Source: Phallusia mammillata (Eukaryota). Taken from it: a stretch of 64,000 bases of DNA. Positions 12,352 through 25,749 of the stretch are shown piece by piece. Under the pieces are notes generated by a model that had not been told where the DNA came from, searched no databases, and saw only the letters and a list, made by a program, of their open reading frames with translations. Numbering within the stretch: the stretch's first letter is position 1; each line of letters starts with the position of its first letter. A program made the position numbers and the translations under genes. The DNA lies in NCBI GenBank assembly GCA_965637545.1, contig OZ281496.1:13950001-14014000 (forward strand). Direction: 5' to 3'.

Positions 12352-15300
12352 TAGACATAGACCGATTATCGGCGCCGATATTCGGGGTTTCGCCGATTAT
12401 CGGTATCGGCCTTTTTTAATCAGTTGGCCGATAATTGTTGGGGGTTTAGTAGACTCAGTCGTATTTCTTCGTCTAATCGTCTCAGTCTGGCCGCCAATTG
12501 GTTTCACCGCAAAAGTGAAGCACGTGTCTATTTTGTACAAATTTACGTTTGCGTAATGCGCGACGGCAAGCGACCTAGTGCTCATTAACAATGACCCCTA
12601 ACATTAAAGCTGATTTTTCTGTTTTATGTACAGCATGTATTAAAACATACAAGACTAACTTTCTTTGCAGTTGTCGAACATTTTGTCACACAATCATGAC
12701 ATGCGTCATTATTTTTTACTTCTGATCATGCTCCTGCGAACACAGTTCATTAGCAGAGCATGGTCCAAGGGTGAACCAAAATTGTGTGGCCTGTAGTGGC
12801 CACATATTGTGTAAACAGAACATTTCCACGACGCAATGCCTTGAAACTAGATGAAGCTCGAGATGGTGCAATCTCGGTATTGCATAGGAATGTTGCGAGA
12901 GTTATTTGAAAAAAACTGAAAGTTAGTTGTTGTGTTGAGATGGTACCATTTCCGGCATTGCCTTTCTAATTTTGCAATCTCGATGTAAAACAAACTAAAA
13001 ATCGAAAAGAACCGCCGTTGCGAAACATCGCTATTAGCGGTGTATATAAGCTCGCGTTGTCCTTCGGTTTAATTACTGGTGCGGGCTAGGACAGCACTAG
13101 TTATTCTTTAACCTATGACAGGCTTTTTAGTGTAGCGTATAATAGTTTGCCATAATTTTAGTTGCAAAATAAATTAATAACTTGTCGCGGCAAATAATTG
13201 TTGTCCTCCAGTGGTATAATTTCTGTGCTGTCGCCGGGTAACACGCCTGTGCGCATTACTAGCCCTAATCCCTCTGCCCCAGTGCACAATGCAATTTAAA
13301 ACATTCACAATGCGAGAGTGATGGTCCTGGCAAAATCTACGTGGTACACCAGAAATTTAGGAACAGTGACTCAAACACAATGACCTTTCGTTTGAACTAT
13401 TACGCAGAGTGAGCATTGTTACGTTTCACGGTATGTCGTGTTGCAATATAGGCTGCAAGCTGCAGCGGGTAAATGTGCACAAGATTGCAACACAGCAGGC
13501 TATTTGGTGTTTTTGACTGGTTTAAACCTAGCTGATGGCATTGCAAGAAAATAGTCAGTGACAGGAGTGTTGATGTGCAAGAATAGTGTAATTCAGCACG
13601 TTTTATTGCAGGAAAGCACATTGCAGAACTATAGCTAGTGAAATTTGATTGCAGATGAACAGACCAAAGGTACAAAGTGCAGTATGGACTTTTTATACTC
13701 AACCACAACCGGGAAAGGCAGTTTGTGTAGTATGCAATAAAGTGGTTAGCATGGGGGCAACTGTGGGAAAAATAAAAATACGTCAAACTTGTGGACCCAT
13801 CTCAGGATTCATCACTTAGAGTTGTTTGATTAAACACAAAAGAAACAGAAATGTAAATCAAACAAGAATGAAGCAACTTCATTTCCGTCAACAATCGACA
13901 ACATGTTTAAACAACAAAGAATGTGGTCAAATTCGGATGGAAGGTCGAAAAAATTGGATAAACTGGTTATAGAGATGATAGCTGCTGATAATTATCATTA
14001 TAATCAACCATTCACAGTGGTGTCAGATGTTAGCTTCAAACGCCTTATGGCTTTAGCAGAGCCGAGATATGAACTGAAAGTGACAAGTACTACCGAACCG
14101 ACAAGCTGCAAGAGGTTTAAGGTTGTGGATAAGATCAAAGGTATGATTCAACCAGAAAATGCTGGCTACTCACTCTCCTTCACCACAGACTGCTGGTCTG
14201 GTGTGACAGAATCTCTAATAAGTCTAACATGCCATTTCATTGATGCTACATGGACTAGAAAGCAAGTAATCCTAAACACAAAAGCAATACATGGGTCCTA
14301 TACAGGGGAATATCTGAAAGTAACTTTCCTTAATATGCTTGATGAGTGGCAAATATGCAAAGACCGTGTAGCCCTTGCTCCGTGACTGTGGAGCAAATAT
14401 TGTAAAGGGAATGAGACTTGCTGAGCTTCAAGACCCAAGCAGCACGACACACTCACCTTGCAACTTGTGGTAAATGATGGGCTTACAAGTGAGTTATCAT
14501 TGATATCATCGCGATGTTGAAAATGTGTTTGAAACACATTTTCATCATTCAATCGTGGCCAAACAACGGTTGCGAGACATTTAGAGGGGGACTTGGCTTG
14601 CCACAGCACAACCTAATCCAGCCTGTACCGACAAGGTGGAACTCAACACTTCACACGCTACAAAGAATGCTAGAGCAAAAGCGCACACTGACAATATACT
14701 GTGGCGAGCATGGAGGGTTAGTTTGTCCCACTGCTTATCAGTGGGACCTTGTAGCCAATTTAATTGAGACTCTTATTCCAATAGAAGAAGTTACACTTCA
14801 TGTAAGCCACAGCAACTGAACAGCTTCCTGTATAATTCCATGTCTGAGTGTGCTGAAGATGCTTCTTTGTGATGATGAGGGCCCCTCAACAAAAGACATT
14901 GGAACAATTAGGCAAGTCATGAAGGAGAGCATCAGCAAACGCTTTGTTAAAGTAGAAGACACAAAAGCTGTGTTGTTGGCTTGTCTCCAAGGTATAAGAG
15001 TCCTGCATTCTCTTGCGCTACCACATTGAGCAAGGCCATTGAATGGTTGAAAAAAAAGGTCACACAGCATACCACGCAAGAGACAGCAGCAACTGAAACC
15101 GAGGGAAACATGAGCAACAAAAGGTGCCGAATGGAAAACACATCTAGCAGGGTTGATGCGGTGTTTTAGCTCACACTGGTGATGAATTACATCTATATCT
15201 TAAAGGGCCTGTGATCGACAGACGCGTAGGGGACCCACTGCAGTGGTGGAAACAAAATAAAGAGCGTTTTAAGCTTCTTGTTAACCAGGCAAGAAAATTT

Positions 15301-15667
15301 CTTTGCATACCACCATCATCAGTCCCAAGTGAGCGTGTCTTCAGCGAAGTTTCTCAGATATGTGAAAGTAAAAGAAGCCGTCTCACAGGACAGCACGCTG
15401 AGCAATTGTGCTTCTTGCACCATAATTTACCCTTGCTTAATTGGGAATACTAATTAATGACACTTTGTTGCTGACTTTGGGTTACATGTTACCATATTCG
15501 TTTCGTTTTTGTTATCATTGAAAAAACATTTTAGTTATTGTCCAATAAACATGTGCTTCAAGGCATACAGCCAATGATTGTTCCTGAGACTAAACTTTTT
15601 CCCTAAAATATAAACAAAATATCGGTTATCGGTATCGGCCCTAAAAAAACATATCGGTTTATCCCTA
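12352..15667 (+). mobile_element. hAT DNA transposon, full length but decayed
   Basis: Imperfect TIRs (TAGACATAGACCGATT vs TAGGGATAAACCGATA), subterminal ATCGG/CCGAT repeats and a diverged 8-bp TSD (ATTTTTAC / ATTGTTGC). Confidence 0.85.
13750..15453 (+). pseudogene. ZBED1/4-like hAT transposase with stops and frameshifts
   Basis: BED finger end (TSNLWTHLRIHH), QPFTVV..FKRLM, SFTTDCWS, TRWNST and the dimerisation motif DPLQWWK...ARKFLCIPPSSVPSERVFS. Confidence 0.9.
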
Positions 15668-16141
15668 ATTGTTGCAAATGACTGCGTAACTGTTACATAC
15701 AGTCTATGTTACAATACAATAAGTTAGGCGCACCTGTGGGAGCATTCATGCTTTTCTGTTGCCATTTTGCAATGCGAGGTTAGCAGCAGCTGAGTTGAAT
15801 TGCTTCACAGGTTGTTAAGGCGTTCATGATTAACTTTAAAATTTAATGTTGAAATACTGGTTGCTGAGGAATACAACAGGTACCAAAAAGCACTGGGGAT
15901 GAGCGCTCGACAAAAGACTCCGATTTTAAACCAGACTCATAAACCAGCCCAAGCAAAAAACTGACAACCAGCGCAAGCAAAAGTACATTGAAAAATTTTT
16001 AAACGTTGTTTTTACCTGTATTCTTATAAATGATAATTGACGTCCTCAACGCGTTGTTTGCTCCGAGGTTATTGTCAACAAGAGGCTGAACAGAAGGAAA
16101 TTGAAACGCCATAATACATTGACATTTAATTGACAAACGAA

Positions 16142-16249
16142 AAGCTTTTTTGCTAGAATTGTTAAGTCAAAGAAAACCATGATAAACCATCTCTCAAGCT
16201 TTTTTGCTACAATTGTTAATTCAAAGAAAACCATGATGAACCACCTCAC
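16142..16249. repeat. 54-bp tandem duplication (2 copies)
   Basis: AAGCTTTTTTGCTA.AATTGTTAA.TCAAAGAAAACCATGAT.AACCA occurs twice. Confidence 0.85.
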
Positions 16250-16649
16250 AATCTTGGAAAAATCTCAAAAGGCATTGTTGCGCCTTATGCTGTCGTGATA
16301 AACCTATATGTTTAGTCTTACAAATATCAGCTAGCAAATGAGTCTCAATTATTCCACACGATAGCCATAAGGACATATGTGAGTTCTATTTTGTTATATC
16401 TCGAGTTGCCTACCCTAAAGTAAAGAACAACGCCAAGAGACATGAAATACACTTGTTTTGTCATTTTCACGCAAACAAACGAGCGCTCGTTGTAAAAAAC
16501 TAGAAAATAAAACAACATTGGTGTGGGTAAGGAACGTAAACGTTTTTAAAACTCGAAATGGCGTAAGTAAATAAGGCACTGGAAAACAAACTGAAGTAGC
16601 CCTGTATGATTGGCCCAACACAAACGTTAGGTTAGTTGCTTTTAACCTT

Positions 16650-17000
16650 AATGCTGAAACAAGTATTATTAAAATCCTTATTTTTGAAATCTACACAACT
16701 TCTTGGTCTTGACTCTTAAGATTCTCTTCTTGATATCAAAGTAAGGCCATGATAATGCCTTACTGGATGCAACACCCGATTTGCTAAGATCACCACTTAA
16801 GTCATAAGTTTTATGTATTTTCTTCCATTTGTTTTTTATTTAGGTTCTAATCTAAGCAGCAATACAAAGGATACATATTACAGGACAAAAATGTAGGTAG
16901 TCCTACTGAACTAGGCCATAAGTTCTTTAACAAATTGTGGCCTTTTAATGTCATTTCATTGACTATCCATAAAAAACTTTTTCTAACATTCTTTGAATCC
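16650..17000 (-). mobile_element. Possible L1/Tx1 ORF2 C-terminal remnant
   Basis: KSFLWIVNEMTLKGHNLLKN followed by a Cys-containing stretch resembles the zf-RVT region. Heavily decayed. Confidence 0.35.
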
Positions 17001-17724
17001 ATTAGTTGCACTAATTTATTTTGTTCAATACTTCAAATTAGGTCATTTGTCGTTTTTTCAGCTCTAGGTTTTCCATCTCAAAAATACTATTGTCTTAATA
17101 AATAACTTATTTTGAAAACCTTTTTTTTACTGTTCCCTGTAATCAGGCGTATAAAGTCATATGAAATAATTCCAGGTTAATCATAAATTTCAGTCAGGTA
17201 TAATTAGTAGGAACTAAAACCTGAATTTAGAACAAATTTTCAGCTAACCAGTAATCTGGTACACACGCGTTTAGTTCATTTCCTAACCCAGGCAGTCTGA
17301 AATATGCGTCTGCCTCCACCAAACTGTCCAGTTGTTGGCTATTATCTGTCCACCCAAGCAATTTTTATGCCTTTACTTGGGCGTTAAAAACTTGAAATAT
17401 TGTGGGAACTTGTGGATTATTACTGCAGCGTACAAAAACTCGAAACAAATCCGTTACCTAAAACGAATTTGTTACTGGAAATTGATTGGTAAAACTACGC
17501 TTAACATAGTGGGATTTTCGCTGTGCATTTATTCACATAAACTTGATGAAGTGTGAATTTGTACTTAAAAACCCCACTTGTACAATTTACGACTTTTAAA
17601 AATTCGAAACGTTTTTTATTTGCAATCCTCTACTGACATCTAGTAGTCAAAAGAAATGTCCAAAATTTGTTTCGAAATTCGTAACGAGGTTATGGTCAAT
17701 AATAAAAAAATCGTTTCCGACCAT

Positions 17725-17970
17725 ATATAAGGGTTTGGAAAGCACGGTGGCGACCACCGTGGATATTTTGGTTTGTTTATAGCGGTGGTGTACGAAACAT
17801 CGCAAATTAAAAAATAAATTCGTAAAAGTTTGATTTTAAACAAACGTAATGGCAATATAGCAACAAAACGTGCCGTAAAACTTCAGTGTCTAGTACCTAA
17901 TTGTTTATGACATCAAACAATTGTTTGTCAGTGCATGTTTGGTCATTATTGTGTACAATGCGAATATATT
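17725..17970. repeat. Dispersed repeat, inverted copy at about 41225-41450, containing a hairpin
   Basis: CACGGTGGCGACCACCGTGGATATTTTGGTTTGTTT...GTACGAAACATCG...TGTGTACAATGCG matches the reverse complement of 41225-41450. Confidence 0.75.
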
Positions 17971-18589
17971 ATAATATATGACTATTTCAGGTGCCACATA
18001 GCAACAGCAACTTAAAACATTTTTCAAACTTTCCTAAACCAATAATAAACAGCAACGTGTTAAAAACCAAACAATGTTTCAAACATTTCGTTTTTTTTAT
18101 AATTTTGACGGACATGTCATGGTATTGAAAGTTTGTTGGGCTTTGAGATTAAACTATTTGTAGTTACACACTTTAGTGACGTCATACTTTACGTCCGCCA
18201 CCTTGCAGGTTTGTGAAACTCGGCGCCTATAGCGCACTCAAATTGCCACAATGCACAATCAAGACTACAATATTTACAAAAGCCGTTTTTTAGGGTGAAG
18301 TTGCCTTATCTGTTTATGCGAGTGTTGTTCGGGCTTAGTTGTTCGTCCACGAAAATTGATGACGACATTTAAAGTCGATAATTACGTTTGTAGACATTTG
18401 CTATTTGTGCAATTTATCTTATTGTAGTTCGTTGTTTTAATTGATTTGTGACAATATGTATGAAGAAATCTGAGCCATTTCGTGTACCTTTTTTGTGATT
18501 CCATGACGCGTTGCTTATTTTTTTTACTGCTTGCATTGGTTTTACCTGCTCACTTGGTTTCAATGCACAATCATCACTAGAAGAACAGG

Positions 18590-18830
18590 TGTGTAGTAAC
18601 AACACGCCAATTTTGAAGCCGTGTACAACACACGACACACTAAGCCGTGTTGTCAGGTGGTGTGTTGTTCAACGACACGCCTGCCGTGTTGTGTGAAGCT
18701 GCAGTTTTGCGACACACCTGGTGTGTTGTTTGAACACACTCATACAACACGCGTGTTGCGTGTTGTTTAGAGCTATAAAGCATGACACACCAAATACCGT
18801 GTTGTATTTTATTGTAAACAGTACCGTACC
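18590..18830. repeat. ACAC/GTGTTG motif cluster
   Basis: Dense CAACAC, ACACG and GTGTTG words in both orientations. Confidence 0.5.
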
Positions 18831-20804
18831 AACGAAATGGCGCATATATCGAAGAAACAGAACAGAACAAACAAAGTTATAGCATGAATGTAACGGTGGG
18901 AGAAACACTGGTAAAAATACACACAAAAACAAAAGTTCAACTGCATGTCCAATGCTATATAATTGTAATGTACTCAACAAGGCATGTTCAATATCACTAC
19001 AATAAAAATAACCAGTATTACAATGAAAAATCGAAACCAGAAGAAAACCTGTTCATTTCATTCTTATTGACAACAACACTTGGATAACCAGGCGATGTTG
19101 CAAACTGGTCCTGTAAAGTAAATAAGCAGTTATCAAACAAGGTTTTACTGCCAGTTAATGTGATTGAAATCAAAGTTTGTTGGAGTTACTAATGGATCTA
19201 ATCAAAATACCTGTGTTTCGAAGATGACAACATTACTTTTTTTGTAGCAATTTCCTTTCACAAACAAGCAGCATATGATTATCTAAAGGTTCCCCTATGG
19301 CACTTTTGAGAACATCAGTTACGTTTACCATCTGCAAATCAGTAAACACCATATATATTTAAAATATGCTGGAGAAAGAGGCCGATTACTTACATGTCAA
19401 TTAAACTCACACACCAAATGTCCCTTAAAGATTTCTGGTAGCAAGTGATATTGAGTGTCCCTTAATGTTGATTGTCTAAAAACAAGTAATGTATATAAAG
19501 CAATGTGTAAGTAATGTATCCATCAACAAGAACACTAGAATAATATGCTATTGCATAATGAAAAAAGATGTATTTTCTCAAATGTAACTATCTCAAACAT
19601 GTTTACTTGTTTGCAACTCAGCCATAAACATTGGGTTTAATGCCTACCACATGCCGCCTTTGTAACAAAATTAGTTCCTTCATATAATTCCCTTTGTTGT
19701 TCAATTAATCCATGTCAAGCACAGTAAGGTCAGTTGCATCATTAGGTTTTGTACAGGACTCAACAAATTAAACATTGAAATATGTAATCATTAAGCAGAA
19801 AGTTCTGGTATAAAGGATTGATATCGTGGAAAGTTAAATTCTTTACCACTTTCAAGCACTTACCAACAACTGTAATAATTTGGCAAAACATGCAAATAGA
19901 GGTCACTAAAATGCATGTTTCGTATGCGTTCTACTCGACAGTGATACCAAGTTGTTATGATAACCACTTCGCTCAGTCATTCGGTAACAGTCTAGTCTAA
20001 TACAAAAAACAACAAGCCATTACAAGATGCACAAACATATGTTTTATACATGCACAAATGTATGTGAAATTGTAAATATATCAACCTTTATTAGATTTGC
20101 AACACCATCCTAAAAGTCGTGAATACAATAAAACTTGTCAATAAATACTAAATTACCTCCTATTAGCCTTGATAATAGGTCTCTTACTCTTATCAATTTA
20201 CTAAGTTTAAGCATAGATAACTTAATTCACCAGATGCGCAACTCGGCGTGATCGCTCAGACAGGTCACGCTTGAATGAACCAGTACACATTGTCTTCTTT
20301 ACAATGGCGGGTAATGGGTGAAGAGTGAAGATATTGGCAAAAAATCGCAATTTATTGCATTAACCGTCAAATAACTTTGGAATTGAAGTGATAATAAACT
20401 TGCAGCTTACGTAAGTGTCATGTACCTCGTGTATTTTATTCGTTTTTAAAAGTTTATTGTGTGTTTTAAAAGGATCACTAACCGTTTTTGTTTGATTGAT
20501 TTTGTATGTTAAATATACCATGGACAAGACTAAATTATCGTATTTGTGATTTAGTTGTATTTCTGTGTAATAGCTAGGTGAGCCACACCGTGCCAGCCAA
20601 TGGCAAAAAAACTTTGTTTAAAATTTGCAATCCTGAATTTCAAAGCAACTCTGATATGAAGAAACATTACAGCAATTTACAAAAATGTGTGCTCTTATTG
20701 CGTGACCCAACTAAGGTCATAATACATGCTTCATAAAGAAACGTAATATTAATTTCCTTTTAACCCACTTCTGTTGTCAAAATCAAACAGTAATTCTTTT
20801 AGAG

Positions 20805-21219
20805 CAGTGCTTCCCAACCTTTTCCAGATCGCGGCCCACTTAAAAAAAAAATTTTTCTATCGGACCACCGTATAATATTGCGAGAAAACCACAATGAAAA
20901 AACTATTCATTTTGTAGCTACGCAAAGACCAAATAAACAAAGCGAGAGTTCATGCATCAAGATTTTACAACTAGTACAAGTACTGTTGTGACGCGACAAT
21001 CGCAGTTTGTTTGTGTAATAAAGCTTTCTTTAACGTGAAATCTTATGCGCCATGCGGCTTTTATAGTAGTATCATATTTTTAAGAAAAATGGTTAAATTT
21101 GAAAGCACGTTCACACAAACTGTGGAACTTTCTTAACCTCTATATTAATATGGTAGTAGTTTGGAAAGCTTCGCGGCCCACCAGAAAGAACGTCGCGGCC
21201 CACCGGTTGGGAAGCGGTG
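20805..21219. mobile_element. hAT-type MITE
   Basis: TIRs CAGTGCTTCCCAACC / GGTTGGGAAGCGGTG, with TTTAGAG on both flanks. Confidence 0.85.
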
Positions 21220-21981
21220 TTTTAGAGCATTCATATGTGAAGATCACTTTGAAAAAAGCAATCTGCCGATTATTGGTTGCAGAAAAAAGTTAAAAATTTT
21301 CCTAAACAGCAGTACAGGACAAAATTGGTAACATTTCCCATGAACATATAAATGTTTATTATAGCTAAAATCATTTGTTGTGGCCTAGACAAGCAGAAAG
21401 GCACCATTTGACAGAAAGGTTGTTTCAGAAGTTAAACACCACAGCATTAAATGTGTTGAGAAAGCTTTCAAACAATTAGGTCCTCATCTGAAAGTCAGTA
21501 ACAAGTTGTACAATATTTAGAAAAGTTGTCATTTTATGGAAAAGGCAAATACCTTTTGGTAGAACAATATAAAAATAAAATTGTTAAAGCATACATAAGG
21601 TACAGTTATGTTTATTAAGAATTAATCTGGGGTTTTGTATGTTGTAATTTTTGTGGTAGACTTTGCATCTCAAGCAATGTCGAGGTTGAATGGGCTCAAT
21701 TTTATGGATGGCGTGTTAAACCACCATCCTTGGGTATTACTCTATTGAGGAAATCAACTTTAAATGCATTTTTAAGTATGACACCTGCTTTCAAAACAAG
21801 AAAGTTTTTATCCTTAGGCTTTTATTGTGTGTGTTTTTTACATCATTACAAGGGAGTTGGATAACTTTAAACTTTGTACGGGAGAAAGCAGGAAAAACAA
21901 GAATATTAACAAACATGTCATACAAGCATGGAACGCCCTGACAGGCACAGACATACATATATGTGTTTGTTTGTATTGTAG

Positions 21982-24900
21982 GCGGCAGGATTTCTTCAAA
22001 TGGTTGATAAGCGGATCATTGCTAAAATTGATGAAATGGTAAATGAAGGCATATGCAATACTGGGGAGATCATGAGAGGCCTAAAATTATTTGTGGTGCA
22101 TGAACTGTTTAAAAATGATAATGTGCCATCAAACACAAACTTAAGATTTTTTCCGACAAGAAAGGATGTCGAGAGCCACTTCTACAGGGCATTTTCCAAA
22201 CGTAAACTGGCTAAAATCGATCAAACAAATGTCCAATGTTTGGTTGACGAGTGGGTCAAGTCTGAAGATCCACAGGACAACATTTTTTTAGACCATATAT
22301 TCCTAATGTGGTAAACACCACTAATTTAGACCTTACAGATGAAAAAACACCTCCTGTAATTTCATCAGAGCAAACTATGTTGTTTGTCCATCAACTTCAT
22401 TGGCAGCAAAAACTTCTTCTTCGTTACGGGCAGGACATTTGTCTACTAGATGCTACATATAAGACTTCTAAATATGCCCTGCCTTTGTTTTTTGTGTGGT
22501 AAAACAAACATGAACTACCACGTTGTGGCTAGTTTTATCACACAAAATGAGAGGCAAATTGATATTGAAGAAGCTCTTTCGCTTTTGAAGAAAAGGACAC
22601 CTGGCTGGAAACCAACTTTTTTTATATGACAGACAAATGTGATGCTGAATTACATGCCATTGAAACTTTTTTTCAGGTAAGCTTGTTTTTAATTTTGAGT
22701 TATGTAAATGTTTAATGAAAAGACTAATATATAAACTATACTTTTGCAGATTGCCATGTTTTAATATGCGACTTTCATCGTGAGCAAGCATGGGAGCGTT
22801 GGGTGAAAAAGTCTGAAAACGGTGTTCGGGATAGCAAAGATGAAGTATGAGCATTTATGAGAGCTATTGCCAGAGCTGAAAGTGAGTAAATTTACCAAAC
22901 AGCATTACACGATTTTCAGTCATGTGTTCAATGGATTGATAACGATAAACTTCAAAACTATTTTATTAAAACTTGGCTATCACAAAAAGAGGTAAGGAAG
23001 GTTGTTAAATAAAAGATACAAGCTAGGTATTTATGACAGGTACGTTTTTAGCGTTGGTTGTGGCTGTATCGAGCAGATCAATTAAAAGTACTTGTTCGCA
23101 CCAACTATGGTGTGGAAAGACAAAATCGAGTTTTAAAAGAATGCCATACACGTTTCAGAACAGACAAATCTTTATCTGGACTGATTAGAATTTTACACAA
23201 AGATTTTCTCCCAGAAGGAAAAACCAAGTAAGCTGCAACAAAAATAGAATTTGTTAGATCCCTGTTTGTACAACATTTGTCAAAGTACTCAACTTGTTAA
23301 GGAATATTCACATTTGTCTCATACTTTTTTATTTAATTATAGTTGACTGTCGGTGTATGAAAAAAAGTATGTAATCTAGGTATGAGCAAGAAAACTTAAG
23401 ATCTTCAAGCAACTACAGAAGTTACAACAGTTCTGTTCCTGACTTTTTACAAAACAGACCAAGAGAATTGGTAAAACATTGTATTCAAAGAATTGGGGAG
23501 TCTGCAAATTTGCAATCAAACACAATTGCAAGGAATGGAAATGTATTCTCAGTTAAAAGTGAATCTACTGGCCAAATATACACTGTGCAATTGGGATCAA
23601 AGGATGAATTTCCCAAATGCACATGTGCAGATTTTACCCGACACTTCTTGCCATGTAAGCACATGTTTGCTGTGTTTAACAAGTATGATGATGTTGATTG
23701 GTCCAGTTTACCTGAATGGTACCACAATTCTGTTCACATGGTGTTGAATCCAAATGTTGTGAACTATATAAGTGCATTAAAACCGAATGAAGAAGCTGTT
23801 ACAAGTAATATCATTTCAACTTATTCATTGTGTTCAAACACAACTGTGAATTCACCCACTGTTGCAAATGAAGACACTCCAAGACAGCAAACCATCCGGA
23901 AATTCAACGATTTGTTGGTTGACATAAAAAATATGTCTTATGATGTAACATCCCAAAAAGCTTTGGAGCAAGGTATCCAAGACCTTCAATCTATCAAAGA
24001 CAACCTGATGGAAGCCTGTTGTTATGATGATGGACTTAGAATTTCAAAAATTCCAAAACACAAATCTGTTAAAACAAAAAGAAAGGTGCTTTGGTCTGAA
24101 AGTGGTGATGAGCTTCCCCGTAAACGACCAAAGGTGAACCCATTTACATCAAGAGTGGGAGCTTCTGCAAATACTCTGCAGCCATTGTACCAAGTGACTA
24201 CTATGCCTTCCCCTTCACACAAGGTAACTTCAAAAGCTCCCATTGTCAAGCCAATTTTGAACAGTTTTACACCAAGTGTAGAAAGCCTTAGAGGTTACAA
24301 ACTTAATGAACAAATTTTGGTAAATGGAACACATTACCTTTCAATTGTGGAGTTAAAGTCACTGGAACCAACTTTACCAAAACATGAAGAGCAACTATTA
24401 AAAAGAGTTGATGAACGCTTTGTAGCTGGATGGCTTTATGGCGAAGTAATTAACAGTTTTTTGTGGCAGATAGTTTCTGCTAACAACCATACTTTGTATG
24501 TCTGTTCTATGGTGGCACAAAACCTTGACAAAAAGGGTCCCATTGAAAATCTTTGGCGTGGCATGTCCCTTACAGACAAAAAGCTTATTTTCATTCCATG
24601 GAACCCATCGCAGAGCCACTGGATTCTTTTGACAATTGATATTGAAAACAAAAAACTTATTTACGGATCCTATTGATATGCCTTGTATTAGGACAAGTAC
24701 AAAGATTCAAGCTGCAAAGGAGTTGGCTACCTACCTGCTGGCTGAAAAATTCCATTTCCATCTAGAATCAGTGGAAGTTCCGAAGCGAACCCCACAAAAA
24801 GATTCTTCTAGTTGTGGTGTTTTTATTTGCATGCACGCAAAATGGCTTGCAGCAGGCACAAACCTTATGCAACCCGCTTTCACAGTTGTATATCGAAAAA

Positions 24901-25112
24901 ATATGTTCCACTGTATTTCTGGTAACTGTCTTCAAGGAAGTCTGAAGAGAGACCAGTGTAAAATATGTCAAACTGGCACTATGTTAGACAATACCAGCGT
25001 TATGAAAGGGGAATGGGTTAAGTGTGTGAGATGTAAACAAGGTTTTCACACCAGCTGTCTTTACACAATTTCACAATGTTCCATTGTGGACAATAGGCTT
25101 ATATGCCCTTAA
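21982..25112 (+). pseudogene. Intron-containing Mutator/MULE (CaRF-like) transposase fused to SWIM, Ulp1/C48 protease and PHD domains; inactivated
   Basis: MULE core: CLLDATYKTSKYALPLFF, FMTD, CDFHREQAWERW. SWIM: CTCADF..FLPCKHMFAV. Ulp1: WLYGEVINSF, SHWILLTID, QKDSSSCGVF. PHD: CKIC...WVKCVRCKQGFHTSCL...C. GT-AG introns at about 22677, 22992 and 23228, plus several stops and frameshifts. Confidence 0.85.
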
Positions 25113-25223
25113 ATGCTGCAATATCTAGTTGTGCATGTAATAGACAAGAAAAGTTTATCAGTATCAGTACAAATGCTTTGAAAGTGTTATTACCTAACAA
25201 GCATTTTTCCTGAAACACATTAT

Positions 25224-25420
25224 TGTGGTCAACCCCTAAGCTTTTTAGCTTGAACGCCTGAGTGTGGTTAACCCTTAAGCATTTAGCTTGAACGCCTGAG
25301 TGTGATTGACTCACTGCAATAGTATTTTACTATTACGGCAAGAAGTTTTGAACACTTCAACAGGTGTGGTTAGCCTTAAGTCTGCAGATTTAAACCCTGC
25401 AGTCTTGAACGCTTAAAGGT
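25224..25420. repeat. About 38-bp tandem repeat (2 copies plus a degenerate third)
   Basis: TGTGGTYAACCCYTAAGC.TTTAGCTTGAACGCCTGAG repeated. Confidence 0.8.
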
Positions 25421-25749
25421 GTGGTTGTACTGCAAACCCCCAGTTTCATAGGGCTACTGGCGAGGCGTCTGGGTTATCAAAAATGCCAGCGACCACAAAT
25501 GAGAGCCCCATGGGTGTGGTTGGAATTCTCATGATAGTTTACATAAGTTCTCATATTAGTAAATACAATCCTAAATATTGTTATCTTTTTATCATAAACA
25601 TAACTGCCAAAGAAATTGTGTATATGGAACGCATTATGCAGACTAAAACTTTCAAAAACGACACCATAAACAACTTGTTCATTTTATTTCTCTTCTTTCT
25701 GCAAAGCATAGCAACAGTTTCAAAAAACTTTACACTTAAGGGCTTTTAC

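Noticed and set aside
19081-25482. TIR pair for the MULE (GATAACCAGGCG vs GATAACCCAGACG)
   Set aside because: The match is too short and imperfect, and no 9-bp TSD was found.
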